Below are positions 16,601 through 26,800 of a DNA stretch of 64,000 bases, one piece after another. Numbering within the stretch: position 1 is the first letter of the stretch; every line of letters starts with the position of its first letter. This stretch comes from Candidatus Woesearchaeota archaeon (lineage in GTDB: Archaea; Nanobdellota; Nanobdellia; Pacearchaeales; UBA284), in assembly GCA_964354405.1 (NCBI GenBank), contig CAYGZP010000001.1, forward strand, positions 210,879 to 274,878. Direction: 5' to 3'. The position numbers and the translations under genes are program-made. The notes beneath the pieces are model-generated. The model was not told the DNA's origin. It made no database searches and saw only the letters and a program-made list of their open reading frames with translations.

Positions 16601-18079
16601 TCAGTAACTTTTTGCAATATATGCGATGACATTTGCCTTCTTGCCGCAAAAAGGACATTTTCCTTTTGCAATTTCCTTTTTGTCATGTCTTACTCCTCTG
16701 ACTGAAGCCAAAAGATTTTTTTCAACTGTTTCTGCGCACTTCATTCCTTCTTTTCCAATGCTGCAGAAATTGCATCTCGCGATTTTTTTCTCATCCAAAG
16801 CTTTTTTTATCTCTTCTTTGTCTTTGCAATCTGTAATCATGCCCTTGAACCACAAGTCTGCCTTCTTTTTCAGTCTTTCATCATACAACTCGCCTTGATT
16901 TTTTATCTCGCTTGCAAGCTTTTTATCATCGACAAACTTCTTTTCTTTCAAATCTCTCAAAAATAATGTGAATTTCTTGCTTTTCATCTCCTTTTCTCCG
17001 AATTCTATTCTTAAAGGAACCCCTTTCATCTCCCAAAAGAAAAACTTTTCGCCCGGCCTGTCTTCTCCCTTGTCAATTTTTGTCCTTATCCCCGCGCTCT
17101 TCAGTTCTTGCTCGATTTGCTCAGCTTTTTTGAAAATGATCGCTTTATTATCATTGTTATATATAGGTACAATTACCACCTGAACTGGTGAGATTATGAA
17201 AGGCAACACTAATCCAGAGTCATCTCCATGAACTGATATCAGAGAAGCGAATATTCTCGAGACAGCTGGCCCGTAACAAGTCTGATAGACATATTTTTCC
17301 TTGCCATCCTTGTCTTTGAATTTTACATCGAACACTTTCGCAAAACCCTGCCCAAGATAATGGGTTGATGGCTGTTGTATAACCCTGCCGTCAGGCATTA
17401 GCGAGTCAGAACCTATAGTATAAACAGCGCCAGGGAACTTGTCCCATTCAGGCCTTTTCAAAGCTAAGAAAGGAATGCCCAATTTATTATGCATAAGCTG
17501 TTCAGTGGTGTCTATATCCTCTAAAACCTGCTCTTCAGCATCTTTTTCAGTGGCAAAACAATCATGCCCCTCAATCCAATAAAACTCGCGGCTTCTGATG
17601 AAAGGCCTTGTGGCTTTAGTTTCATATCTCCATACTTGAGCTCGCTGATACATCTTGAAAGGCAAGTCCTTGTAGCCTCGAATCCATAATGAGTACATCT
17701 GATACATCGCTGTCTCGCTTGTCGGCCTTAGGGCCATCTTTTCCTCAAGAACCGTGTCAGCAGCATGGGTAACCCAAAATACTTGTGGCGAGAACCCTTT
17801 GATGTGCTCGCCTTCAAGCTTGAAGTTCTTTTCAGGAATCACAGCAGGGAACCATGCAGGCTCGTGCCCCTTGCTTTGCAAATCCTCCTCGAGAAAAGCA
17901 TACATCTTTTCCATACATCTAACTGCCCAAGGCCTGAACACAAGGAAACCCTTGACATTGTATCTCAGGTCAGCAAGCTCAGCTTTATCGATTATTTCTG
18001 AGAACCACTCTGAAAAATTTGTATTCTTCTTGATGTTAAAAGTGATTTTCTTGCCCTGCTCTTTTTGTCCCTTTTCCAT
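16601..18079 (-). CDS. proS: Proline--tRNA ligase (archaeal/eukaryotic type)
   Basis: FSEWFSEII, LRPTSET, RYETKATRPFIRSREF, C-terminal AKSY. Confidence 0.96.
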   Translation of the reverse strand: MEKGQKEQGKKITFNIKKNTNFSEWFSEIIDKAELADLRYNVKGFLVFRPWAVRCMEKMYAFLEEDLQSKGHEPAWFPAVIPEKNFKLEGEHIKGFSPQVFWVTHAADTVLEEKMALRPTSETAMYQMYSLWIRGYKDLPFKMYQRAQVWRYETKATRPFIRSREFYWIEGHDCFATEKDAEEQVLEDIDTTEQLMHNKLGIPFLALKRPEWDKFPGAVYTIGSDSLMPDGRVIQQPSTHYLGQGFAKVFDVKFKDKDGKEKYVYQTCYGPAVSRIFASLISVHGDDSGLVLPFIISPVQVVIVPIYNNDNKAIIFKKAEQIEQELKSAGIRTKIDKGEDRPGEKFFFWEMKGVPLRIEFGEKEMKSKKFTLFLRDLKEKKFVDDKKLASEIKNQGELYDERLKKKADLWFKGMITDCKDKEEIKKALDEKKIARCNFCSIGKEGMKCAETVEKNLLASVRGVRHDKKEIAKGKCPFCGKKANVIAYIAKSY

Positions 18080-18162
18080 ATTAATCCAAGGCATAAGATA
18101 TTTTTAAAGGTTTTTGAGAACTGAAAAGAAACCTTTAAATAAATTGGTTAATAAGTCTATAC

Positions 18163-18741
18163 ATGAGCATACTTGAAAAAGAGGTTGAGAGAAAAAATAT
18201 TCTCGACATATTGAAGAACGCAAGAAAAGCCATTAAAACAGATGATGTGCTGTTACTGAGAGATATGTCAAATCGTACAGTCCATAGCGCTTCGTTATAC
18301 AAAGATCCAGATTCTATTGCCTTAGCTGTTACGATTTATGCTTTAAGCAAGATAATAGAGAGGAAGAAATATGAGCAATACCAAGAATGGCCTGCGTTTT
18401 TCACCCGCGTTTCTAAAGATATTGATAATGCCCTCGCGAATCTTGAAAAAAGCAAATTCAAGGAGTTCCGCGCTGACTTGCAGAACATACGAAGGGCATC
18501 AAACCAGCTTTCTGGCCACTTAAAACTTTATATTCAGGATGTTTTCAGACGAGCAAGCATAAACAAAGCGTCAAGATTGTATGAGCACGGAATCTCAATG
18601 GCTGAAACAGCTGCGCTGCTTGATGTTACAACGTGGGAGCTTGCAGAGTATGTAGGAACAACAGGAATCGGGGATGTAGATTTGAGCATAACAATGCCAA
18701 TCAAAGAAAGAATAAATTTCGCTAAGAAATTGTTTGAATAA
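18163..18741 (+). CDS. Hypothetical protein with C-terminal HTH (UPF0175-like)
   Basis: LYEHGISMAETAALLDVTTWEL resembles the UPF0175 HTH. Confidence 0.6.
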   Translation: MSILEKEVERKNILDILKNARKAIKTDDVLLLRDMSNRTVHSASLYKDPDSIALAVTIYALSKIIERKKYEQYQEWPAFFTRVSKDIDNALANLEKSKFKEFRADLQNIRRASNQLSGHLKLYIQDVFRRASINKASRLYEHGISMAETAALLDVTTWELAEYVGTTGIGDVDLSITMPIKERINFAKKLFE

Positions 18742-18770
18742 TAAACAAAAATAAACAAAAAAGATGAAAA

Positions 18771-19430
18771 ATGAAAGCATTGATATTTGATTCATCAACT
18801 ATAATCTCTTTGGCGCTGAATGATTTGTTGTTTATACTGAAGCCATTAAAAAAGTTGTTTGGCGGCGAGTTCTACATAACAGAACAGATTAAAAAAGAGC
18901 TCATAGACAAGCCTATGGGAATAAAAAGATTCAAGTTCGAAGCACTGATGATTGAAAAATTAATTGATGAAGGAATTATAAAAATAAAAGGAGATGGGTT
19001 AATACAAAAAAAAGTTCAAACATTCCTGAATGTCGCGAACAACACATTCAAAGTCGAAGATGAAGGCATAAGAATTATACATGAAGGTGAAGCCTCTTGT
19101 CTGGCGCTTTATAACGTTTTACCGACGGAAAAAAAGGCGATTGTGACAGATGAAAGAACAACAAGGATGCTTTGCGAGAATCCAAAGAATTTGCACAAGT
19201 TACTTGAAAAGAAAAACCACCGCCCGATTCAGGCAAACGAGCTTAATTATCAATTTTTCAAGAAATTTAATGTAATCCGCTCAGTAGAATTAGCTTATAT
19301 TGCTTACAAAGCTGGAATAATCACCCTGCCTTCAAAACAAAAAGAAGCAATTGAGGCGATTTTTTACGCGTTGAAATACAAGGGTTGTGCGATATCTCAT
19401 AATGAGATTCACGAGGCGAAGAAGTTATAA
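18771..19430 (+). CDS. PIN-domain-like protein (DUF3368-like)
   Basis: LIFDSSTIISL, ITEQIKKEL, HEGEASCLAL, VTDERTTR acidic PIN motifs. Confidence 0.65.
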   Translation: MKALIFDSSTIISLALNDLLFILKPLKKLFGGEFYITEQIKKELIDKPMGIKRFKFEALMIEKLIDEGIIKIKGDGLIQKKVQTFLNVANNTFKVEDEGIRIIHEGEASCLALYNVLPTEKKAIVTDERTTRMLCENPKNLHKLLEKKNHRPIQANELNYQFFKKFNVIRSVELAYIAYKAGIITLPSKQKEAIEAIFYALKYKGCAISHNEIHEAKKL

Positions 19431-19461
19431 TAATTTATAATCAAATTTCTGATTAATAAAA

Positions 19462-20514
19462 ATGCCTGGGAAAAAAGAGGTTAAGAATAAAGAAGAAAGC
19501 AAAGAAACGCTTAAGGAAGCTCTTTACTACAGAAAGCTCAAGAACAATTTAGTCAAATGTAATCTTTGCCCGCGATTCTGTGTGATTAAACATGGTGAGC
19601 GAGGCAATTGTGGAGCTAGAGGCAACATTGATGGTAAGTTATTCTCCTTGGTTTACAACAAGCCTTGCTCTGTTGCATTGGATCCCATAGAGAAAAAACC
19701 ATTTTATCATTTTTTGCCTGGTTCAAAATCTCTTAGCATAGCAACAGTCGGCTGTAATCTACATTGCTTGCATTGCCAGAACTGGGAAATTTCTCAAGCT
19801 AAAGTAGATGATGTCCCTTATCTTCAAGTCTCTCCTCAACAAGTCATCCAGCAAGCCAAGACAAAACAAGCCCAAAGCATCTCTTATACCTATACCGAGC
19901 CCACAGTATTCTATGAATACATGCTTGACATCGCGCAACTCGCCAAGAAAGAGAAGCTGAAAAATAATATTGTGAGCAACGGTTTCATCAATTCTTTGCC
20001 TTTGAAAAAACTCTGCGCTTCTATAGATGCCGCGAATATAGATTTGAAAGGCAACGCATTATTCTATGAAAAGATGTGCCAGGGAAAAATAGAGCCAGTA
20101 TTGGAATCTATAAAACTCTTGCATCAAAAAGGAGTTTGGCTTGAGCTCACGAATTTGATTATCCCCGGTTATAATGATAGTGTAGAGGAGATAAAGCATA
20201 TGATTGCTTGGATTCTCGAGAATCTTGGCAAAGATGTTCCTTTACATTTTTCAGCGTTCTATCCTTGCTATAAAGCCACGAATATCAAGCCTACTCCTCC
20301 TGAATTCTTGATGAAAGCCCGCGTTATAGCAAAAAATCTTGGCTTGAATTATGTTTACACAGGCAACATCGCTGATGCTGAAGGCTCGACAACATTCTGT
20401 CCTAAATGTGGCGCCAAAGTAATCACAAGACAAGGATTCCACGTTATAGATAACAAACTCAGCAATGGCAAATGTCCTTTTTGCAAAGAAAAAATAGCAG
20501 GAGTATGGAAGTGA
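19462..20514 (+). CDS. amrS: AmmeMemoRadiSam system radical SAM enzyme
   Basis: CNLCPRFC, DPIEKKPFYHFLPG, GCNLHCLHCQNWEISQ, YTYTEP, ANIDLK, YVYTGN. Confidence 0.92.
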   Translation: MPGKKEVKNKEESKETLKEALYYRKLKNNLVKCNLCPRFCVIKHGERGNCGARGNIDGKLFSLVYNKPCSVALDPIEKKPFYHFLPGSKSLSIATVGCNLHCLHCQNWEISQAKVDDVPYLQVSPQQVIQQAKTKQAQSISYTYTEPTVFYEYMLDIAQLAKKEKLKNNIVSNGFINSLPLKKLCASIDAANIDLKGNALFYEKMCQGKIEPVLESIKLLHQKGVWLELTNLIIPGYNDSVEEIKHMIAWILENLGKDVPLHFSAFYPCYKATNIKPTPPEFLMKARVIAKNLGLNYVYTGNIADAEGSTTFCPKCGAKVITRQGFHVIDNKLSNGKCPFCKEKIAGVWK

Positions 20515-20607
20515 TATCTAAAAATAGCGCTCGAGAATAATAGAGCTTATATATTCTATTTCTTTTGTTAAAATTGGCAATAAATATCCACAAAGTGTAA
20601 AATAAAG

Positions 20608-21786
20608 ATGAGAATAGATACTTATCAACCAGTTTTTGACATCGCTTTAGAAACAATTCAGAAACTAACCCGATATGGAAATACAAGATTAATATTCCCT
20701 CCCGTGAAGAAGATGGGGGGGATTGCTGCTGATCTAGTCTCTGTCATCAGTCGTTTTAATAATAAAGTAGGTTTAAGGGTGTTTAAAGATAATAAGCAAG
20801 TTTTTCAAAGCCAAGCATACTCCTATCACTATTATCTTGATATCGCATTTGATAGCAGTCAAGAGTATAGAGGGGAGAAGAAAGACAACTATTTTCATTC
20901 TACTGAAATAACATTTATACCTGGACCCGCAAAAGCAACTAATCCCTATAGTGTGTCTAACTGGGGCACTAAGAGGAAAATGTCTGTTTCAGGAGTCAAC
21001 AGTAAAGATGATAAATTGGACTTTTCAAGAAAAAATCCTTTTATCAATGCTTTAGCAGCAGAAGGATTATTGCCAGAAAGGAAAAACAGGATCTCGTTAA
21101 GTTTTATCTACGGCGGACCTTTTTCTTTTTTTACTTTTTTGAGTTATCAGGATTATAAGCCCCTATTAACTTCGGATGGATATTCTTTATTCCCTGTTTC
21201 TTCAAAAAAAGAACATTTTACTGATATCTATGCCTTTAAGTTTATATCAAGGCCCGTATTTTGGTTCGAAAGAGGGATGATGGTTTCTCACGCTTTAGAT
21301 TCTATAGCAAAGAACATCCCTTTAGAAAAGTTAATAGATAAGATAGAGAAAAGCCCGCCTCATCAAGAAAGACTTATCAAAGAGCTTCAGGAAGAAAGCC
21401 TTCCCTTAGCTTACAAATTTATTGGGGCGTATTTAAAAGGAATGGAATTCAAGAGTGAAGAAACAATAAAGTTCTTTACAAAGGAAATCCCCCCAAGAGA
21501 ATATTATGGGATTTTTCTAGGACCAATAGGAAGATCAATTCTCCATTTTACATTTCGTGGCTCGCAAGAATTTCATGGTTCGCAAGAGTTAGATAATATA
21601 ATTAAAAATTATAATCAAAATTATGCTACTCCTGCAGGCGAAAGAAGAATAACTATGGAAGACATCAAAAAAGCCAACTCAATCCAAGCAGATAAGAAAA
21701 AAAGGTTAGGGGCAAGGAATAATATAAGAAAAAGTCAAGAGGTTGTTATCCCCCCTCATGTTTCATCACTTTCTTCTGTTAATTAA
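20608..21786 (+). CDS. Hypothetical protein
   Basis: 392-aa ORF, no motif recognised. Confidence 0.6.
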   Translation: MRIDTYQPVFDIALETIQKLTRYGNTRLIFPPVKKMGGIAADLVSVISRFNNKVGLRVFKDNKQVFQSQAYSYHYYLDIAFDSSQEYRGEKKDNYFHSTEITFIPGPAKATNPYSVSNWGTKRKMSVSGVNSKDDKLDFSRKNPFINALAAEGLLPERKNRISLSFIYGGPFSFFTFLSYQDYKPLLTSDGYSLFPVSSKKEHFTDIYAFKFISRPVFWFERGMMVSHALDSIAKNIPLEKLIDKIEKSPPHQERLIKELQEESLPLAYKFIGAYLKGMEFKSEETIKFFTKEIPPREYYGIFLGPIGRSILHFTFRGSQEFHGSQELDNIIKNYNQNYATPAGERRITMEDIKKANSIQADKKKRLGARNNIRKSQEVVIPPHVSSLSSVN

Positions 21787-23469
21787 ATGCGCGGTTATTG
21801 CCGCAGCTGCTAATACAATTACAACAATAAGAATTATCCACCAGTTTCCAGATGCCCATCCTGCAAAATCATTCCAGAATATAATCAAACCAGTGAAAGG
21901 TGGGCGCTCAGTCGATACTAAAGCAAAAGCTGAGAAATGAGTAATCTTAGCGCTTACTTCTCTTGTCTCTTTGTTCTCAACGCTGTTCAAAGTGAACCAT
22001 CTGCTCTCAATTGGATTGAATGTCGCGATAAACACATTTCCTGAACTTGAAATCTCTCCTTTGTTATATCTTATCTTGACTTCAGCTTCTTTGTCAAATG
22101 TAACTCCATCTGGCAAGAAATTATAGCCTCTGATTAAATAGAAATTTTGTAGAGGATAAGGAATCGCAGAAGCTCTCAAGCTTATTGTCTCTCCAGGCTT
22201 GATGCACCTGCCGTCAATCTTGATTATTGTTCCCTTGTAAACTCTTAATGAAGCCAATCCATCATCACTTATCTCATACAAGTCTTCTTTTAATGGTGTG
22301 CAAGGTCCTTCTGGTTGGGTTTGATTAGTTTGGTTTTGGGGAGTTTTACAATCTTGTGGGCAGTTCAAGTATGTCTCGCCAAATTCACATATTCCGTTGC
22401 CGCATTCAGGAGTAATGCCTCCACCTCCGCCACCGCCTCCACCGCCGCCTCCGCCCCCGTTGGAAGTGATTGTTATGTATTGTGTGGCATTATTATTATT
22501 CCAGTTCGCGCACTCTTGATCAGAATCAACAACAGCTGTCAATGCAATGTTTGTTCCAGCATTTGCAGCTTCCCATGTTGCTGTGGCGCTTTTTGTCTCT
22601 CCAACTGCAAGGTTTCCTATAGTAATTGTTCTTAAAAGATTATTTCCTCTGTAGACTCTTACAACGACATTTGTCGCGTTTATTGAAGGTCTGTCTATAT
22701 TAATTACAGTCACATTGAAAGTAACTGTCGCTCCCACTTTAACACTATTATCATCGAGAGTGAAAGATTCAATCATCAAATCCGAGCCTACAACATTAAA
22801 TGTCTCAGAATCTTCAGCAAGATAATAATTACTGTAGCTTGTTTTGCCCTCAAGCAAGTTTGAACCGCAAGTTGTTGCGTATAAATCATAGACATCTATT
22901 CTGGTCGCTCCCGCGCTTATATTTCCCAGATTCTGTGAGTTAGGATTTACTTGCTGGCTTGTGAAATAGGTTACAACATTAGTTGCAGTGTCATTTCCCA
23001 CATTGCTTACATTTACATTGATATTATTATGAGATTTCGCTGTAATTTGTCCTGGCAATGGTGGCATGATTATATTCATAGTCAAGAAAGGCCTTCCGCC
23101 AGCTACAATCAAAAGTGAGGAGTTTTTAGTACAGTTTTCTCCAGTGGCGCTGTTTACAACAAATACACTTATATTATATTGTCCTGGAACTGTTGAATTT
23201 ATTGTCCATGTTGATGTTGAGAATGGGGTTGTAGCAACAGGATTTGCGCTCAAGCTGACTAATCCTGCAGGAACCCAGCTCAATAATGCTGAACCGCTCC
23301 ATCCTGGCATCGCATTGAAAAAATTAACATTGAAACTCTGTCCAAGAATTACTGGATTAGGGTGGCTTAAAGTTCCATTGCACTCAGCAGCATTAGCAAA
23401 AGCTGCGATAAGGACAATAGTCAATAATATAAGTGCTGCCAAAATTATTAATTTTATTTTTGTGCTCAT
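21766..23469 (-). CDS. Membrane-anchored surface protein (CARDB/Ig-like domains, Gly14 linker, CGNGICE motif)
   Basis: Signal peptide, DLMIESF...TAVVDSD, CGNGICEFGETYLNCPQDC, ITHFSAFAL, C-terminal TM + RRK. Confidence 0.8.
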   Translation of the reverse strand: MSTKIKLIILAALILLTIVLIAAFANAAECNGTLSHPNPVILGQSFNVNFFNAMPGWSGSALLSWVPAGLVSLSANPVATTPFSTSTWTINSTVPGQYNISVFVVNSATGENCTKNSSLLIVAGGRPFLTMNIIMPPLPGQITAKSHNNINVNVSNVGNDTATNVVTYFTSQQVNPNSQNLGNISAGATRIDVYDLYATTCGSNLLEGKTSYSNYYLAEDSETFNVVGSDLMIESFTLDDNSVKVGATVTFNVTVINIDRPSINATNVVVRVYRGNNLLRTITIGNLAVGETKSATATWEAANAGTNIALTAVVDSDQECANWNNNNATQYITITSNGGGGGGGGGGGGGGITPECGNGICEFGETYLNCPQDCKTPQNQTNQTQPEGPCTPLKEDLYEISDDGLASLRVYKGTIIKIDGRCIKPGETISLRASAIPYPLQNFYLIRGYNFLPDGVTFDKEAEVKIRYNKGEISSSGNVFIATFNPIESRWFTLNSVENKETREVSAKITHFSAFALVSTERPPFTGLIIFWNDFAGWASGNWWIILIVVIVLAAAAITAHLINRRK

Positions 23470-23470
23470 T

Positions 23471-23848
23471 TTATTTAACAAATGTGTATTTTTTTAATTT
23501 TTTATAAATATCTTTAGTGATTTCTCCTTCAATACAAGCAATTCTTAATTCTTCCAGGCTTACGCCCTGCTTAACTTGTTTTTCTAATTCATCTATGCGT
23601 TTCTTGGATTCATCGTCTTTTAAGGTCCAAACCTTCTTCTCAGCCTCAAGCTCTTTCTTTAGCGCAGCCTGTTTTGTCGTTAAAACACCTATCGCGCCAT
23701 CTTTATCCGCTAATTCTACCTGCATCTTATTTACTTTAGCAGTATAATGATTTCTGATGTCCGAAGTTGTCATAACATAAGTTAGGCCAGCTATTACAAG
23801 TGCTACTGCACTTCCCCCCACTATCTCATAAAGTGTTCTTTGTTCCAT
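23471..23848 (-). CDS. Small N-anchored coiled-coil membrane protein
   Basis: N-terminal TM followed by a heptad-rich segment. Confidence 0.65.
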   Translation of the reverse strand: MEQRTLYEIVGGSAVALVIAGLTYVMTTSDIRNHYTAKVNKMQVELADKDGAIGVLTTKQAALKKELEAEKKVWTLKDDESKKRIDELEKQVKQGVSLEELRIACIEGEITKDIYKKLKKYTFVK

Positions 23849-23891
23849 TTTGTTTTTTGTATTTTTGTTTATTTATTTATTATTTGATTAT

Positions 23892-26800
23892 TTATACAAC
23901 AGTTACAGGTTTACTTGGGATTGTTAATTCACTAACTCCTTCAATTGCTCCTACATTGTGCAATCCAAGCGTTGTTGCGTTAACTCTCCATGATACAACT
24001 ATGAAACCTCCTTGAGGCAACAAAGTATAGCTTTGTACAGGATCTAAAGGTAACAAGTTATTAGGAGTGATAGTTAACAATGTAGGGAAATCATAAAACA
24101 CTTGATTAGTGAAAGTGTTCTGGATAGGCAAGTATACGTTGAAAAGTGTGTTTAATGAAGGATTTTGATTATCAATAAATATCTCTCGAGTGTCAATGCT
24201 TACAATATCATAAACACTCCATACAGGCAAGTCAAGAGTTTGGAAGTCGTTGCTTGGGTTGCTATCTCCTGCGACAGTTGCTTTGATTCTCAAAGTGTGT
24301 GTTCCTTTAGGCAAGGCATTATAATTGAATGAGACCACTTGAGAGCTTCCATTTGCTAAGCTTATTGTCTGTGTTCCGATTGTAACAGTTACTGGATTGC
24401 TTCCGACAATATAAGTGTCTGTAAAGTTCACGAGAATACTTGACTCGTTGATATTTCCTCTGTTGCTTACAGTTGCGCTGACATTTAACAAATCATTCAA
24501 GTAAACAGTTCTATTATCTCTTCCATTTATCTTTACTTCCCACATGTTATCAACGCTGACATCGTGTATCGCTTGAAGCACAGTAATGAAATGTGTCGCG
24601 CTCGCTGAGCTGTAGTTCTCGCTCTCGTTGTAGAATGCCGTTATATTGTAATAAGTTGGATTATTGTAAACTGAGACAACTGTTAAAGGCGAGTTGCCCG
24701 AGCCAAACTGAGTTCCATTTCTATATAATATCAAACTTCCAGAACTTGGAACATTCAATACAGCTGTATGGTTAACAGCTTGTCCTTCCATTATTGTTAT
24801 ATCACTGTTGCTTCCGTTCAAATATAATGTCAAGCTAGAGTTAGCTTTGTTGATTGTCAAGAAGTATGTGACAGAAGCTGTGCTGTGATTAACATCTCCA
24901 GTGCTTTGAGCTCTAATTTCATAGAATCCAGCAGCCAAGTTATTGAAAGTTTCTACGTAGCCAAGAGCAGGCCCTGCGATTAGAGAGCCATTTCTATAGA
25001 TGGTTACATTGCCATATAGAGTTGAAGCATTAAATTTCAAACTTGTGTTAGTATAAAGCACAGTCAAGTTTCCTTCTGTTCCATTCAACCATAAATGAAT
25101 ATCTCCTGGCAATAATGAAGAGACAATCAAAGTGTTTGTAACAGAAGCAGCTGTCCAATTCTGCGAGCCAGTAGTATTACAAACATAAGTATAATTGCCT
25201 ACAGGCAATGTAGCAACATTACTTATAAGATTGTAGCCGGATGCCACCAAAGTCAAGTTTCTGTAAAGTGTTAAGAACACTTCATTGTTGTTTGCTGAGC
25301 ATGAGACATTTGTCTGAGTTCCAACAGTAACATTCCATGACGGTATTGATGTCAAGTTCAAAATTGTTGTAGCTTGATTTACTGTCAATGTTCTGATAGG
25401 GGTTGTTCCAGCGCTGTAGTTCTGATTTCCAGTTGTGTTGTAAACATAATTGTAAACTCCTGCGCCAAGAACTCTTATATCTGATGCAGGATCACCAGAA
25501 ACAACTTGAGCATTATTTCTGTATAAGTTGTAAACAATACTAAGAACATTCAAGTCACTCCATCCAGTTGCGTTTGTTGTAGTTGGATATATAACAGTCA
25601 AATTTGATTCAGAGCCGTTTAGCGCGAGATGCAAGAAGTTGGTGATGTTTGCTTGAGTGATTACATAATTTAATAATGAAGTCTGGTTTCTGTTGTTGCT
25701 TGGGTCTCTTGCATACCATCTATAAGCATGAGTCCCGGCTGCTAAGTCAGTGAAGACATAAGAGCAGTTTGTATCTGCTGTTGGCATTGCAGGAATACAT
25801 GTAGGTGTGTAATTAACATTATCAAATTCAAACCAAACTTGGGCTACAGCAACATTGTCTTGCCATTCGATGCTGAAGTTGTAAGGCCCAGAACCATAGA
25901 CAGTTGGGCTTGCAGGCGAGACTTGCTCGTTCAAATACCAAGGAGCAATAGTGTCATTAACAACTTCTTGGATAACATTGATTGTTCTGTTTCTTTCGTT
26001 ATCTGTCAAGTTTCTGTCTGTGAATCCTATGATTGTAGTGTTTAGCAAAATATCATACTGTCCTGGAGCTATTCCAGTAACATTCCAGTTGTATGTTGGA
26101 TAAGTGAATACAACAACAATGAGCTGTTCTGTGTACAAGACATATCTATTTGTTGAGTTAACAAGATAATAAGTGTTATTGACAGTCTCGGGCTGAGTTC
26201 CATAGTTGTTGACTCGGGCTCTTAACTCATAAACTCTTGATAAGTTCAAAGTAGCAGGATCAGTCATGATTGGGGTTCCATTGTAACTTATTCTTATTCC
26301 GTTGATGCTGTTGCTGTAATTCATGTCAATTCCAACATCGTGGATTATTGGCGCGCTTGTATTGACAATGAAAGTCCAGTTCTGAGGAGCAAAAGCTCTT
26401 TGATTGATTTCATCAGCGCATTCAGCATTCCACAAGTAAACTCCGTTAGATAAATTAGTATAGCTGAAAGTGCTTGATGTCGCGTTGATTACAACTTGAG
26501 TTCCGTCAACTTGCCATAATCCGCTTGTGTTTGAATAAACATCACAAGTCAATAATATCGCGCTGTCATCTGTTACATTGTAAGTTACATCAACATCGCT
26601 GACATTAAACAATGTTCCGTCTAAAGGTGAAACTAACATAACAACAGGGGGCAAGTTAGTGATGCTTGTGTTCACAGTCACATATCTTGTCTCACTCACA
26701 TTCCAGTTATTGCTTGTGTCATTGGCATGAACTCTGTATATATACAAACCATCTGCTAATCCAGTTACATTCAAATAATAATTTGGTTCGGCGCCAGCCA

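Noticed and set aside
22417..22458. Gly14 tract as a slippage/contingency repeat
   Set aside because: Mixed GGN codons, in frame; an ordinary flexible linker
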